A stretch of 64,000 bases of DNA from Eledone cirrhosa (GCA_964016885.1 OZ024745.1:26722001-26786000); one strand, 5' to 3'; numbered from the stretch's first letter, positions 1-15,335 are shown. A program made the numbers and translations. Notes: generated by a model from the sequence alone, not told the origin.

Positions 1-382
1 CAGTATTTCACCATTTTTGGATAATCTTTGTATCATCATCATTCCCTGTAAGTCTCCATTCCTCCTCTACAGTTGTCCATCCCCTACATCGCTGTTTTCA
101 GGTCTTTCACTGCCAAACCAACATCTTTAGTCAATTTATCGATAAAATCATCCGATGACGCCTGTTGGCTTAAACAAATCAAGACTGCTAACAAGCTCGT
201 CTTTGCTCCGGTAGCAATGCCCAGCGTATCTTATCATTCTTTCCCTAACTAAAGCTGACACAGCTCTTCCTACGAAGATTGCTTATTCCAGGATCTGTTC
301 AACACTATTTGTAGTATTTGAATGTATGTCCCATCATGCTTGTTCCCTAATCGTTGTGTCATTGTCCATTATGTTAATATAA

Positions 383-444
<62 letters not shown>

Positions 445-471
445 GTATATATATATATGTATATATATATA

Positions 472-1002
472 TATGAATGTATATATAGTGTATTTGGTAA
501 TACAATGTATGCTTAATTAAAAGCATTTTGAAGACCTTACGCTATTGTTCTAAAGTAGTGACTAAAAAGACTTTAAAACAATAGCGTAAGGTCTTCAAAA
601 TGCTTTCAATTAAGCATACAGTGTATTACCAAATACACTATATATATACATTCATATATACATCTCTATTTCAGAGCACCAATTCTAATTTTCAATTTTT
701 GCTGGACCGGCAACCGCTCTATATAATCAGTTCCTGATTATTACTGGAATTCTATAAGAATCCAACATTCATAATTTTCCACAGACAAGGGGAGTGCTAA
801 GCTCTGAGCAATACCAACAGTATGAAACAGAGATCTGTCAGCTTATCTCCCTTTGTTTGTTGAAAAAAGAAGTAAGCGACATAGTCACTACTTTAAAACA
901 ATAGCGTAAGTCTTCAAAATGCTTTAAATTAAGCATACAGTGTATTGCAAAATACTCTATATAAACATTCATATATACATCGCTATTTCAGAGCACCAAT
1001 TC

Positions 1003-1006
<4 letters not shown>
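472..1006 (+). mobile_element. Non-autonomous PLE/retrozyme-like element: ~320 bp unit in ~1.4 direct copies with an inverted partial copy at its 5' end
   Basis: The block ctttaaaacaatagcgtaag...gagcaccaattctaatt occurs at 571-688 and again at 891-1006. An inverted copy at ~472-556 forms a ~85 bp hairpin with the first. An HHR motif lies at 798-845. Another partial copy is at ~7912-8035. Confidence 0.65.
798..845 (+). ncRNA. Type I hammerhead ribozyme motif with a G8->C core change
   Basis: taagct-CTGAGCA-atac caaca gtat-GAAA-cag agat ctg-TC-agctta. All three stems pair and the triplet is GUC. Stem I can extend through ggggag/ctccct. Confidence 0.7.
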
Positions 1007-1057
<51 letters not shown>

Positions 1058-1069
1058 TTATTTATTTAT

Positions 1070-1234
1070 TAAAATAACAGATTAAAATAACAGTTAAGGG
1101 TGAAAACAGCGAATCTTTGCTTAAACTTTAATCTGTTATTTTAATAAATATTTGCTCTAGAGCTCTTATATATTTCATACATATTTATCCTTATCGATCC
1201 CTCTTTGGATTTTAGTCTTCACATTTATTATTAT

Positions 1235-1236
<2 letters not shown>
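1070..1236. repeat. Short dispersed repeat family (aaaataacagattaaagtttaagcaaagaatcgctg), often palindromic
   Basis: Other copies are at 22860-22952 (fold-back), 24840-24890, 24992-25020, 25097-25153 and 30985-31141 (fold-back). All are in or near (TA)n. Confidence 0.7.
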
Positions 1237-1278
<42 letters not shown>

Positions 1279-1283
<5 letters not shown>

Positions 1284-2084
1284 AATGACAATTTCTGTCT
1301 GTTTGTTTGTGAACCTAAAACTCAAAAACTACCAAACCGATCTTGATGAAACTTGATACGAGTGTGGGGTTCATGCCCATTTAATTTCTTTCGTGTATTT
1401 CATTTTAATCAAAGGGTTCCCCGGAGGTTCAAAATCCCGCTGAGAACTCCCGCTTAAATTTTTCCCTTCGATTTATATGAAATTTAAATCATAGGTAATT
1501 GACAAAATATGATGCCTATTTACAACATTTCAATAATATTAAGACACCCTAATGGGGGTTAAACCCCTTATAGTGAAAATTTTGGCCAATAAATGGAACA
1601 AGATCTCACGAACTCCTCCTGTGGTTTTTGGAGATAGACCCCCATAACCATATATATTCTGAAACTACATCGCCTAGGGTACTTGGATAAGTATATTTCA
1701 TTTTAATCAAAGGGTTCCCCGGAGACACAAAACCCCCGCTGAAAACCCCCGCTTACAATTTTTTCACTTCGATTTATATGAAATTTAAACCATAGGTAAA
1801 TGACAAGATATGATGCCTATTCACAAAATTTCAGCAATGAAACCCCCTAATGGTGGTTCTATTTTTTTCCTTATAGCAACACTCAACTTCTCTGACAAAC
1901 ATTTTGCGCCTGACCAATGCAATCAACAATATTTGTTTGTATTATTGTTTCGTAAATGAATTTGTCTTCGCTTCTCATTATCTGTCCTATATTTTGATTT
2001 CATTTTTGGTCTGAGAGGCATTGGGCATTTTAATGGGAACTGAGAATACCACCGCTCCCGAGTATTACCGGGTACCTCAGCTAG
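1279..2084 (+). mobile_element. Non-autonomous Helitron/Helentron (DINE-1-like) element
   Basis: It starts with ...tttctgtctgtttgtttgt...aaactaccaaaccgatcttgatgaaactt. An internal direct duplication of ~298 bp period is present (~1395-1555 and ~1693-1855). It ends in the hairpin cccgagtattaccggg followed by CTAG|T. Confidence 0.6.
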
Positions 2085-2795
2085 TACATATATATATATT
2101 AATATATATATATACACATATATATATTCAAAAGAAATCACCAAGAAAGAATTGTAACTGTAATACGGTTGTATTCATGATTTCATGCCACTTTATTCTC
2201 TACTGTAAGTAGTTAGAATGACAGGAATCAGGACCTTAAGAGAGAATCCATAGTTATTTCATATTTTTGATATATATATATTGTACAGACTACTAGTAAT
2301 TTCTTCAATAAATTTGCTGGTTTTGTCCCTATATCTCATATTATGTTAGATATACATTATCTAATATAATTCCCATCGTTTCTCTCATTGGAACTTAGGT
2401 AATTTTCTATATCTGGGCTGGAAACGATACATACTTCATTAGTTTCTTCTAATTTCCCTAGATAATCTTCATTTTATACATTCGAGATCCTGGTTATTCG
2501 CGGAATATTCCTGAGAACCTAACTAATATTGTACGTGGAAACTACCACATATTCACGGAATCGTAAATATATTTCGTGATTTTTTTTATGGCTTTCTTCG
2601 TGGCAATATATATATTTGTTTAACGCTAAATTATTAATAACCTTATACCGTATTTGCCGGCCTTTTTTATTATATTTTATGTTACATTTTGACGTTTATA
2701 GGTATTTTTATGGACCACGTCCAATATTCGCGGTTTTTCACTCTTCATGGGTGCTCAAAGAATGTAACCCCAGCGAATACCGGGGAACTACTGTA

Positions 2796-2844
<49 letters not shown>

Positions 2845-2951
2845 GTATATATATACATATATATTAATCTCCAGAGTATAGCTATTATATATATATGTAT
2901 ATATATGTATATATATATATATACCTATTATATATATATATGTCTAGCTAT

Positions 2952-3033
<82 letters not shown>

Positions 3034-3115
3034 GAAAAAATTTGAACAGGGACAAAACAGAGAGGCAGTACAATAAATGTTTATTAATTTCACGCTCAGG
3101 AGAGTGAAGTGGGTG

Positions 3116-3154
<39 letters not shown>

Positions 3155-3761
3155 TACATATCTATTAATCTACAGAGTCTAGTTATTAACCAGTTAATTT
3201 TTTTGATTTTTTTAGTTAATTCTATTGACTGATTAATTGCTTTTGTTAATTTTAAAAACTATTCTGTTGAGAGCTTAATTCGTTTTGTGATATTTTGCAA
3301 TTTTGCAATAACCACACATACTGAATTCATCCGCCAAAACTAGGGGTTCTCTCCCTTCTGACCCCGCACGTGGGTTCAGATAACGGTAAGTTCCTTAGCA
3401 AATGCCTGTTGAAAAAATTGACTTCCTTGTTCGATCATTATACCAAAAGCTTAACATTATTTGTTTAAGCAGACAGTATCTGATTTCGGAGTTGCAGAAA
3501 CCCCATATTGGATTTTACCACCGTTTCCAGGGGTCCGGGTATATTTTTCAATCATATTTTATTATTTGTTTGACCCGAATAGCTTGTTCGCTTCTATGGC
3601 TTTGCGGTTAATGGTTTAACCATCGTCTCAGTGTGTTTGGCATTTTAACGTATGTTTATTGATCTCGTTCACTCGTTTCTATTGAGCGGTTGCCACACAT
3701 TTCGGAAGTTGTTTCTCGCTAATTTCCAATAGCCGAAATGCGATTCTTGCTAATTTATATT

Positions 3762-3920
<159 letters not shown>

Positions 3921-3958
3921 TTATATATATATTTATATATTTATATTCATATATATAT

Positions 3959-4090
3959 ATATCAAATAAATACACCTACACATGAAATATTTGCCAAATA
4001 AGTACAGGTCTTTACCAATATATATATATATTGGTAAAGACCTGTGCTTATTTGGCAAATATTTTATGTGTAGGTGTATTTATTTGATAT
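3959..4090. repeat. Near-perfect ~130 bp palindrome centred on a (TA)n tract
   Basis: atatcaaataaatacacctacaca...aggtctttaccaa-(ta)n-ttggtaaagacct...tgtaggtgtatttatttgatat. Confidence 0.9.
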
Positions 4091-4510
4091 TTTATGGGTT
4101 AGGGTTGTAAGGTTGTTAACTTTACTATGTTATATTGTGTAGAAATGTGAGTATCGTGTGTGTAGGCGTTCCCTTGTATGTGTTCACATATAATATAGAC
4201 TTACATATTTAAATACATACATATATGAATACATACATATATGTATACATACAATATAGACTTAGATATATATGAATACATACATATACACACAGAAAGA
4301 AAGACAGAAAAAAGATAGAAAGAAAGAAAGAAAGAAGAAAAAGCTAGAGAGAGAGAGTCAGAGAGAGGGATGAATATATTTTTTTCCAGTATATGTCAGC
4401 GGGTAAGTTGTTTTAGTAGATGGGTTTTGTGTACATACGTTGATACAAGGACACAAACACTAGAATAAAACCATAAAAATATACTTCAACTAATATATAT
4501 AACTATACAT

Positions 4511-4628
<118 letters not shown>

Positions 4629-4954
4629 GTATGTACATTTGTATGATGAACGTGCAAACGCATGTATGTATATGTTTATATGTGTATGTATATATTGTGC
4701 GTGTGTTTGAAGACCATTTTACAATAGTGTTTCACCAAAGATTTGTTTGCAGTGCATCTCAAACTAATTTCAAACGTGCTTTCCCAAACGTTTTTCTTCC
4801 TTTATCATTCACTAAGAGGGCAACATTGAGAACTCTAAAAAATAAACAGGAATATCATATGTAACCAAAACACTAACAATAGCACTGACACCACTACCAC
4901 AACTACTACAACCTGAAACAATAAGGAAGACTACAGAAAAGGAAACAACATTAA

Positions 4955-4956
4955 TG

Positions 4957-5029
<73 letters not shown>

Positions 5030-5255
5030 CAGCAGCAGCAGCAGTAGCAGTAGTAGTAGTACTAGTAGTAGTAGTAGCAGCAGTAGCAGTAGCAGTAGTA
5101 ATAATAGCAGCAGCAACAGCAATAGCAACAGCAGTAGCAGCAGCAGCAGTAGCAATAGCAGCAAAAGAAGTAGTAGTAGTACTAGTAGTAGTAGTAGTAG
5201 TAGTAGTAGTTGTAGTAGTAGTAGCAGCAGCAGCAGTGGTGGTGGTGGTGGTAGT
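4955..5255. repeat. Compound (GTA)n/(GCA)n/(GTG)n trinucleotide microsatellite
   Basis: Directly visible. It explains the poly-V, poly-T and poly-L ORFs. Confidence 0.95.
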
Positions 5256-5339
5256 TTCTAATTTAATCACGAGGCCGATAACTTGGGGAAAGTGTAATGC
5301 TGATTAAACCCCCCCCCCTTTTTCTCTTCACCACTGTAC

Positions 5340-7203
5340 CTCACCAGTACTCTATTTTATCTACGAGACTTGGAAGTATGACAAGCAATGTTGAGATCTC
5401 AGCGAGATTGGAACTCAAAACTGAAAGAGCAGAAAATAAATGCTAAAAATAATTGTTTCTACGTTAGGCACAAGGCCAGCAATTACCCAGTGCATTACTG
5501 GTACTTTATTTTATCGACCCCGTAAGGATGAAAGGCAAAGTTAACCTCGGCGAGATTTGAACTCAGAATGGCAAGGGCTGTAACTCTGTGCGTCAAAGCA
5601 TGGCGTCCGACCCTCTACCGATACTGACAATCCACCGCCTTTAAATAAATGCTAAAAATAATGTTCTCTTGTTGATTATATTGTTTTATTTTATATATTT
5701 ATTACCCTTTCATCTGTTTTTTTCAATAAATTTTAATTTTAATTTTCATTGAAGTACATATAAACAGTCTATGTAGTGAAGCTGGACATGAGAAGTAACA
5801 CTTTCAATAGCGTTAAGCGGCATCACGTCTTAGAGACATATCTTAGACGAAGCCCTTCTATATTTCTTCTTGCTCAACTCTCTCAACAACGTCACTTCCG
5901 CTACGGGTGTCCAGCAAGGAGACCCATTCTGCCCGCTCCTCTTTACGCTGGCAGTTGACGACTTTGCCCACTGTGCCCGGTCGCCCCTTCAACATCTGGT
6001 ACCTTGGGAGAGGGACAAGTCGATTAAATCCATCCCCGTGTGTGACTGGTTCTATTTTTTCTCGACCCTGTAAGGATGAAAGGTAAAGTTAACCTCGGCG
6101 GGATTTGAACTCAGATAGTAAATACCGTAAATCTATGCCGTAAAGCATGCTGTCCAACGCTCTAAATAATTGTTTCTACTTTTGGCACAAGGCCAGCAAT
6201 TACTCAGTACATTACTGGTACTTTATGTTATCGACCCCGTAAGGATGAAAGCCAAAGTTGACCTCGGCAGGATTTGAACTCAGAATGGCAAGGGCCGTAA
6301 CTCTATGCGTCAAAGCATGGCGTCCGACCCTCTACCGATGCTGCGAATCCACCAACGTTCTAAACAATGATTTCTAATTTTACAAAAAAGGACCTGAGTA
6401 TTGGTACTTTATTTCTCGACCCTATTTCACCACGGTATGTCTGAACAGTGAATCGGCATGGGCAACGTGATGTATTCTATCCGACGTTCTAACAATTCTG
6501 TCAATTCGCCCACTTTCTCTACAAATAAGAAACATCACTTTAACATTCATAATTTCTGATTTAGTCACAAGGCTGACAGGGGAAAGCCGATTACCAATGA
6601 GTTACTGGTACTTTAAGTTTTTGGACCCGCAATGATGAAAGGCAAAGCTAAACTCAGCAGGATTTGAACCTAAATGCTGTAACTATAATCAGCAAAGCAT
6701 GTTGTCAAACGATCTCCCGATTCTGCCATTCCACTGCATTCATATTGATAATGCAAGCGTTTCTGATTTAGGCACATGGTCAACAAATTTTGGAGAAGGT
6801 TGAAAGTCCATTAAACAGACCCGAGTATGGTACTTTATTTTATCGATCCAGTAAGGCTGAAAGTCAAAGCTAACATCGGCGGGATTTGAACTCAGAACGA
6901 AAAGGCTGTAACTATAAGCAGAAAAGCAAGTTGTCCAACGCTCTACCGATACCGCCATTCCACCGCACTTCATAATGATAAAGCGAACATTTTATGATTT
7001 CTAGTATAGGCATAAGACCAGTAATTTGGAGGTAGAGGAAAGTCGATTAAATCGACCCTAGTACGTTACTGGTGCTTCATTTTATCGACCCCGAAAGTCA
7101 AAGTTAACCTCGGCGGGATTTGAACTCAGACCGTAAAGGACCGCACCTCTATGCTACAAAGCATGGCGTCCGACTCTCTACCGATACTGCCAAATCCACC
7201 GCC
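5340..7203 (-). mobile_element. Cluster of ~7 co-oriented copies of a tRNA-derived SINE
   Basis: Copies at ~5340-5430, 5450-5639, 6010-6165, 6167-6353, 6370-6510, 6550-6738, 6755-6968 and 6995-7203 (first and fifth partial). The sense strand has an A-box-like tggcagtatcggtagag, a B box gagttcaaatccc, the core cttacggggtcgataaaataaagtaccag and the tail gtagaaacaatta. Confidence 0.9.
5776..6005 (+). pseudogene. Frameshifted non-LTR RT fragment, CRE/RLE-clade-like
   Basis: VKLDMRSNTFNSVKR resembles KLDxxNAFNS. SATGVQQGDPFCPLLFTLAV, in a different frame, resembles GVQQGDPLGPLLF. Confidence 0.7.
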
Positions 7204-7696
7204 CTAGGCGAGCATTTTATAATAACAGTAATAATATTTCTAAAAAAACGCGTAGGAGGATATTCTAAGTATAACACATATTGTATATACTAAAGTAAAT
7301 GATAAACGTCTTAGATTTGACCGTGACACATTGCAAGAAAAAGAAAAAAATGTAATACACAAAAATCAAATGAAAAAATAAACTTCACGATTTGAAAAAA
7401 TCTCAACAGGTTATGTACGTAGATTTCGTCACGAAATGTCACCACAATTTACATTATACCGTGTCCTAACCACTCTGATACCTTTTATATTTTTTTACAT
7501 GCAGTTAAAGAATATAAATCTATCATAACTACTAGAGCAAAGGAAAAGAAAGAAACTTTAATAAAAACAAAACATATAGAATACTATATATATATATATA
7601 TATATATGTATACAGACATACACGCACGCACACGCGCGCGCGCACACACACACTCACACACACACATATATATATTTATATATATATATATATATA

Positions 7697-7749
<53 letters not shown>

Positions 7750-7811
7750 ATATATATATATGCATTCGTGAGCGGAAACAATTTTTATATATGTATTTAT
7801 ATATAGATATT

Positions 7812-7866
<55 letters not shown>

Positions 7867-8034
7867 CAGCTTTATCTCGCCTGTTTGCTGAAAATTTAAT
7901 GTAAGTGAGACTGTCACTACTCTAAAATAATAGCGTCAGGTCTTCGAAATGCTTTTAATTAAGCATACAGTGTATTGCAAAATATACTATATATTCATTC
8001 ATATATATATCGCTATTTCAGAGCACCAATTCTA

Positions 8035-9090
<1,056 letters not shown>

Positions 9091-9094
9091 TATA

Positions 9095-9285
9095 GGGTGA
9101 TGAATTGGCAATATCGGTAGAGGGTCAGACGCCATGCTTTCCAACATAGTTACGTCCCTTTACAGTCTGAGTTCAAATCCCGTCGAGGTTAACTTTGCCT
9201 TTCATCCTTACCAGGTCGATAAAATAAAGTACCAGTAATGAAGTGGGTAATTGCTGGCCTTGTGCCAAAAGTAGAAACAATTATT
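9095..9285 (+). mobile_element. tRNA-derived SINE (same family as 5340-7203)
   Basis: Full head, core and tail match the family. Confidence 0.9.
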
Positions 9286-9826
9286 ATATATATATATACA
9301 GTTATTTGGTGTGTAGCGTTTAGTTACTGAGAGTTCATCAGTTTGAGTAATCAATGCTATTCTTTAGATCCAATTACCAATGTAGGATTCGTCGTTTAAA
9401 TCGTCCCCGCTTTTAGTGTATGTATCCTTTCCAGGATCGAAGTATGCCCGAGGATCTACTAGAATATTCATAACTTCATGTGTCTCATATAGCCTTTGAC
9501 AACTGAAGCCTGCTCCTGTCCTTCGCGTGGTGGAGATGTTTGAAACTGTCAAGGAGTTTGGAGCTGACAAGCAACAAAGTCAAGTGGTGACTTAGAGCCA
9601 GTTGTTCAGAAATGTAGTATAAATCGAAGCAGTCAGGGTTCCCCAATCACATCTGCTGATTTCGCCAATGTTGGGGTGTTGTCAGTGCCTGGGGTGGGGC
9701 CTTGGTCTTGATTTATTGTTGCTGGATTGAAAAGTCATCTCTATGTACATGAGACAGTGTAGACTTGCAGGAATCGTTGAGGTAATATACAGGCGGCTAT
9801 CGTCTACCAAGATGAAGTAAGCATCA

Positions 9827-9876
<50 letters not shown>

Positions 9877-10778
9877 TGTATGTATGTAAATATATATGTA
9901 TATGTATACATGTAGCCATGAATCTATGTATGTATATGTGTGTATGTATATATGTATGTGTGTTTGTATGCATGTATGTATGAATGAATGTATGTATTAC
10001 ATATTATGTATAAGTAAATAAATATGCCTGCATGCCTCTTATTGAAGCTTTTAACGTGTGATATTGATATAATCGCACTGAAATACGTTACTATAATAAT
10101 ATTGTCGTGTAAGACGTATTCTGTCGAGCTGTGCAGAAGAGGGAGAGGGGGAGACCGGGGAGAGAAAGGGAGTAGGATAGAAACCTATGATAATATGGAG
10201 AGGGTGAGGGATGAAGAAAGGAAAAATAAGAAGATCTACAGAGCAAATACATGGAAAAATTTAAGAGAACGAATGAAAGATATGTAAGGTAAAAAAGGAA
10301 TTCTTGTATTTTGCACTGGAAATACCACACCACTAAACACAACCCCTTCCTTTAAAGAGTATCTTTACACAACACACAACCGCATCTTGACACTTCTGAT
10401 GAGAAGGGTGTGCCTTTGTGCGGTTGAGCATCTACATTCGTTTGTTGTCTTCGACTTTATGTCTTTCCAAAGATTTATTTATATATATTTCCACTTGCTT
10501 ATTTTACGAATCTATCATGTTTTGTGATTCTCTGTCTCCCCCCCCCCCTTCTTCTTCTTCTTCTTCTTCTTCTTTTTCTTCTTCTTCTTCTTCTTCTTCT
10601 TTTTCTTCACTATATAGAAACACACATACATACACGCATACACACATATACATATACACACATACATATATATATATATACATACATAAATATACATATA
10701 TACAGCTATATGCCACATACATATATGCATATCTATATATATATATATATACACACACATATATATACACATACATAC

Positions 10779-10888
<110 letters not shown>

Positions 10889-11444
10889 TAAAGATACATA
10901 CGACGTACATACATACAAAGGTCTATGTGGGTTGTAAAGGCTTCCAATACACATATGGAAGAATTAGTATATATGTATATATAATAAAGTCTGTATGTGC
11001 GATCACATATTGAATTATATATAAGATGTTTATTTTCTCTTATAAGTAAGTACCGCTTGGCATGTGGCCACCTTCCACCCGGCTTGGATCACCAAATACA
11101 CCCCGAGATTCCGACTAGTTAAACAAAGGTGAAATTTTCACTATACTCAATGACTCACACGAATACATACACATAGGCGGACGCATGTAAGCAATGATTA
11201 CCACATACTTATATATATATACATATATATGTATATAGGTACGAGTATATGTAGATATAAACACACATACACATACATACATATACATACTGACATATAT
11301 GTAGATATGTGTGTGTATGTGTATGTACTTATGTAAATATACACATATGTACAGGCACACATCGGCATATATATATATATATATACATACTCACACAAAC
11401 ACACAAACACTCACACACATATGTATGTTGAGAGTGAAAACGAA

Positions 11445-11454
11445 ATAGACAGAC

Positions 11455-11519
<65 letters not shown>

Positions 11520-11526
11520 GATAGAC

Positions 11527-11589
<63 letters not shown>

Positions 11590-11590
11590 A
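11445..11590. repeat. (GATA)n microsatellite
   Basis: Directly visible. Confidence 0.95.
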
Positions 11591-12670
11591 ACATTAAAGA
11601 GATCCGTATATTTGCATACATACAGATATATGGTGACTTACGCAATGATCGTATGCCAACGGTTACAATGGTTACAGATGACATTTCACATTGCACAGTT
11701 ACACAATGGAGATTAACTGATTTATCTTGCCCTATGCGAGGCGTGATACACATAATTATATCAATTTATAACTTGATTAGTGGCTCATCAAACCACTGAT
11801 ACGTCATCAAACAGGCATTATATCTAGGATTGATTCAACATCATGCACCGTGGCTAAAGAATGTCTCCTCAAAGTCAACACATCAATCATTATTGCCCTC
11901 ATGAAGAGCGTATAACATTCTTGGTGTATACGATTTCAATTACTTCTGCTTTAAGTATCGTAAAATCACTAATTTGACTGACTTCTAACCTTGTTGAAAG
12001 ACTGTGTGTTATCACTTGATGTGTTTGTTTTAGATACTTCAATAATCTTCCATCTTTGCAATGAATTTCTGTAACTATGAATTAAATCGTCTCTGACAAC
12101 GAATAATTGAGAAAGGCTGAGTACGAAGATTTGCTCTGCTGTATAAATTTGTTACTTTTGACAAGAAAATCAGCTCATCCTCAGAAATAGAGTTATATTC
12201 TATACTAAACTGTGAAATTTAGTGAGTAGAAATATGAAGTGGTGTTGACTTCAACTATTTATGCTAGGTAGATGTAACTTAGATTAAAAACTTACTAGAA
12301 CATTTTCCATTCACATCTCATATCAATATCCTTTTAAAATTGATAATGGTAATAATAAAATTATAAAGATTAATACTATCATTTATATAGAAAATACACA
12401 CAGAAAAACTGTTCCAGATACTATTCATAAGTAAACGTATATTCTCAGGGTGTAAATCAGATATATATTTAAGCTAACATTAGTCGTTGTACTGGAGACA
12501 GTGCACAATCTTTTAGAATTTGCCATTACATGCTCAAACCATGCAAAACCATGTATAAAAATAGACTTGAACCACGGACCCAATTTTTGAGAAATACGAG
12601 TTATGTTGAATCTATCTTGAATTTACAACTCTAATGCTAAACACACACAGTAGTTCGAATAAATCTCTGT

Positions 12671-12910
12671 GGAGGCGCGTGGTCTAGTGGTAATGGAGTT
12701 GGACTTACGATCATAATGTCGTAGGTTTGATTCCTGGACTGGGTTGTGTGTTGTATTCTTGAGCAAAACATTTCATTTCACATTGCTCCAGTATACTCAG
12801 CTTAACCCCGCAAAAGACTGGTGACCTATCTATGGGAGAGTCTTTTAGTATCAGTCGCTTAACGCCATGGTAACCGGGATCAGTACCGGCCTGATTAGCC
12901 TCCTGGCTCA
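12671..12910 (+). mobile_element. Second tRNA-derived SINE family
   Basis: A box gtggtctagtggt and B-box-like ggtttgattcc, followed by gtgttgtattcttgagcaaaacattt, which resembles a conserved SINE central domain. Confidence 0.7.
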
Positions 12911-13551
12911 AGATAGACTTTAGAATGAATCTATACAGAGAAGATATATTACAAACTAGGATATAGCTCACACATTTTTTTGTACCTTACAAACCTATAT
13001 ATATATATATATCTTTCTCAAAGATCTACTAATTGTATTAGGTTATTGGTCACACCAGATGTCAGATTAAATCGCGTTATTCCAAAGTGGAAGATAACCT
13101 AAAATCACTGGTTTTAGACAAAAAGGCTGTATTCTTTTATAGGCATGGCTGTGCGATTAAGAAATTCGCTTAGAAAATAAGTGGCTTCGGATTAATCTGA
13201 CAACCGACTTAACGCCGCTCCCTGGGCCTTTGAAGCTGTTAAGAGAATTCAGTGTCTTTCAAGAATTCGAGCTAGGGTTCGAATTCTCGAAACCGATTGG
13301 AAGCACTAAAAATAGGTAATAGCTGCTACCTTTCCACCTCTGGCGAAATTATTAAAACAGCAAAGGAACATTCTTTGGCTACACTGAATATGAATTTCCT
13401 TTCGAACGGGGATTTTACAAAAGTGAATGTTTCAATATGGAAAAGTGAATCGGATATAGTAAAATTTAAACTAAAGGAAGAATTCAATACTTGGAACTAA
13501 ATTAGAACCAGCTGAGAAAATATAGCTTCCGATATGCAAATGAACTAATAT

Positions 13552-13727
13552 TATCGGTAGAGAGTCGGCCGCCATGCTTTGCAGCATAGAGTTACGTCCC
13601 TTTTCGGTCTGAGTTCAAGTCCCGCCGAGGTTTACTTTGCCTTTCATCCTTACGAGGTCGATAAAATAAAGTACCAGTAATGCACTGGAATAATTGCTGG
13701 CCTTGTGCCAAAAGTAGAAACAATTAT
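13552..13727 (+). mobile_element. tRNA-derived SINE copy
   Basis: Matches the family consensus. Confidence 0.9.
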
Positions 13728-14179
13728 TTATTTAAGGGAAATGCAAACGGTGCTGGTCGTGTACTGCTGATTTTTCAACTCACCTTTTCTGTTGTTTATG
13801 TTGAGTTTAGTCTATATTTCTGGAGGTCATCAAGGAAACGTGACCTGTCTTGATATTACATCCGGACTGCTTGTCTTACATCCGTCTGTCTGGTCTCTTC
13901 TGACATCCGTCCTTTTATCACTAATATTATTTATTTTCAACTTTTTGTTTGTATTATTGTTATATTTGATTTTAAGGATGGGAACTGATTGTTTCGGGTT
14001 TACCAACTTGAATTGTGTTTTACAAATATGGCGTCTGGCTCGAAGAGATCTAATTATATTCCACTTAGGTGGAATAAGATATTGGGGTTGATTGCTTCAG
14101 TTACAACTTCGTATCTCTTATAAAAATACTATTGTGACTCAGAGGTAAATTATTAACGTTATTGTTATTTTTTGATTGG

Positions 14180-15335
14180 CCACAAGAGACAAAACAGAGG
14201 ACAATACTAAAACAGGGACAACGGGAATTTACAAAAGAAATTTAAAAACGTGTAAAAAAGGTAACAGGTAACAATGAATAACAAATTGATAAAAAATAAT
14301 ATTCCCTAATAGGGGGAGTACCACCCAGGGTTAACGTACAACCCCCGTAGATCCTGAACCACTCTAATTGCCAAGAGGTGCGCTTCTCCTATCTAAACTC
14401 TCCAGCCACCCAAAATCTTCCTGCCATTCCCGGCTAAAAGAAAATGATGGGCTCGAGAATTAACACATACAGAAGTGAGGAAGGTGGGCATCATTGATGG
14501 ACCGAGCGAGTTATTTGAAACGGTTATGGAAGCTGACCATGGACTTTGACCAGCGAGCAGATGCCACTGTGAATTGCAGTGATCCAGTCGCCAAAGACAG
14601 GACTGAAGCTAATTGCTTTGAGGGCAGCGTCTATCTATCAATGGTCGACCCTATCGAAAGCTTTCGATTGATCCAAATTAATTGGAGCCCCACCGATGCC
14701 AGTTTTACTCCCTACCCTTTCTATGATGGATTGCATGAAGTGGGGATTACCGTGTATGGACCTAGTTTGGGTTGCAGAAGCTTGCACCGCTACTCTACCA
14801 GAATATTGACGTCAAGCACCAATTTCGTTGCTAACACCTTTACTAAGATCTTAAGTTGTGTGTTGAGAATAGTTATGGATTTAAATTATCTAAAACCTCC
14901 TCTTTGTTCTTGTCTTTCCTCACCAGCTTTACTACGTTCCGGCTCACAGATCTGGGATTTCTCTCGTTCTGCTGCCAGTTGCAGTATACAGTTGTGAGAA
15001 CATCGGAGAAAAAGTCTGGCATATTTACGTAAAATTGGTATGACAGACCGTCCAAACCGAGTGATTCGCTCTTCGTACACCCAGACAAGGTTTCTCGTAT
15101 CTTGGCTCCTGTTAGCGAATTTTCAGAGCATTCCGCAACAACCACCGAAAGTCGGGGCAGGTCGTCGAGGTAGGAACTATCATCCACTACTGTTTCCGAC
15201 TCCCCGGTCATCACAAACAGTTGCGCTAGTCACTCGGTCCATCGAACAACTTTCTTTTTCTCGTTTCTTAGCTCTGACAATGCAATCTGCGTGTTTCTCG
15301 TTGACAAAAATCGTCTACTGCCATTCTAACCACTA
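14180..15335 (-). mobile_element. Decayed L1/Tx1-like LINE fragment
   Basis: KSESLGLDGLSYQFY resembles KSPGLDG..EFY. It is followed by VVKLVRKDKNK..LDNLNP and then ITILNTQLKILVKVLA, the early RT domains. Several frameshifts are present. Confidence 0.75.

Noticed and set aside
1-378. Possible decayed LINE 3' end
   Set aside because: There are only vague peptide hints across stops and frameshifts, which is not enough to support a call.
10392-10420. CTGATGA followed by a hairpin
   Set aside because: No GAAA or stem III follows.
11635-12210. Non-repetitive stretch with a minus-strand donor-like gtaagt
   Set aside because: The frames I checked contain stops and no recognisable protein motif.
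13245-13308. Hairpin followed by GAAACCGATT with stem I-like flanks
   Set aside because: The CUGANGA box is missing, so it cannot be called a ribozyme.
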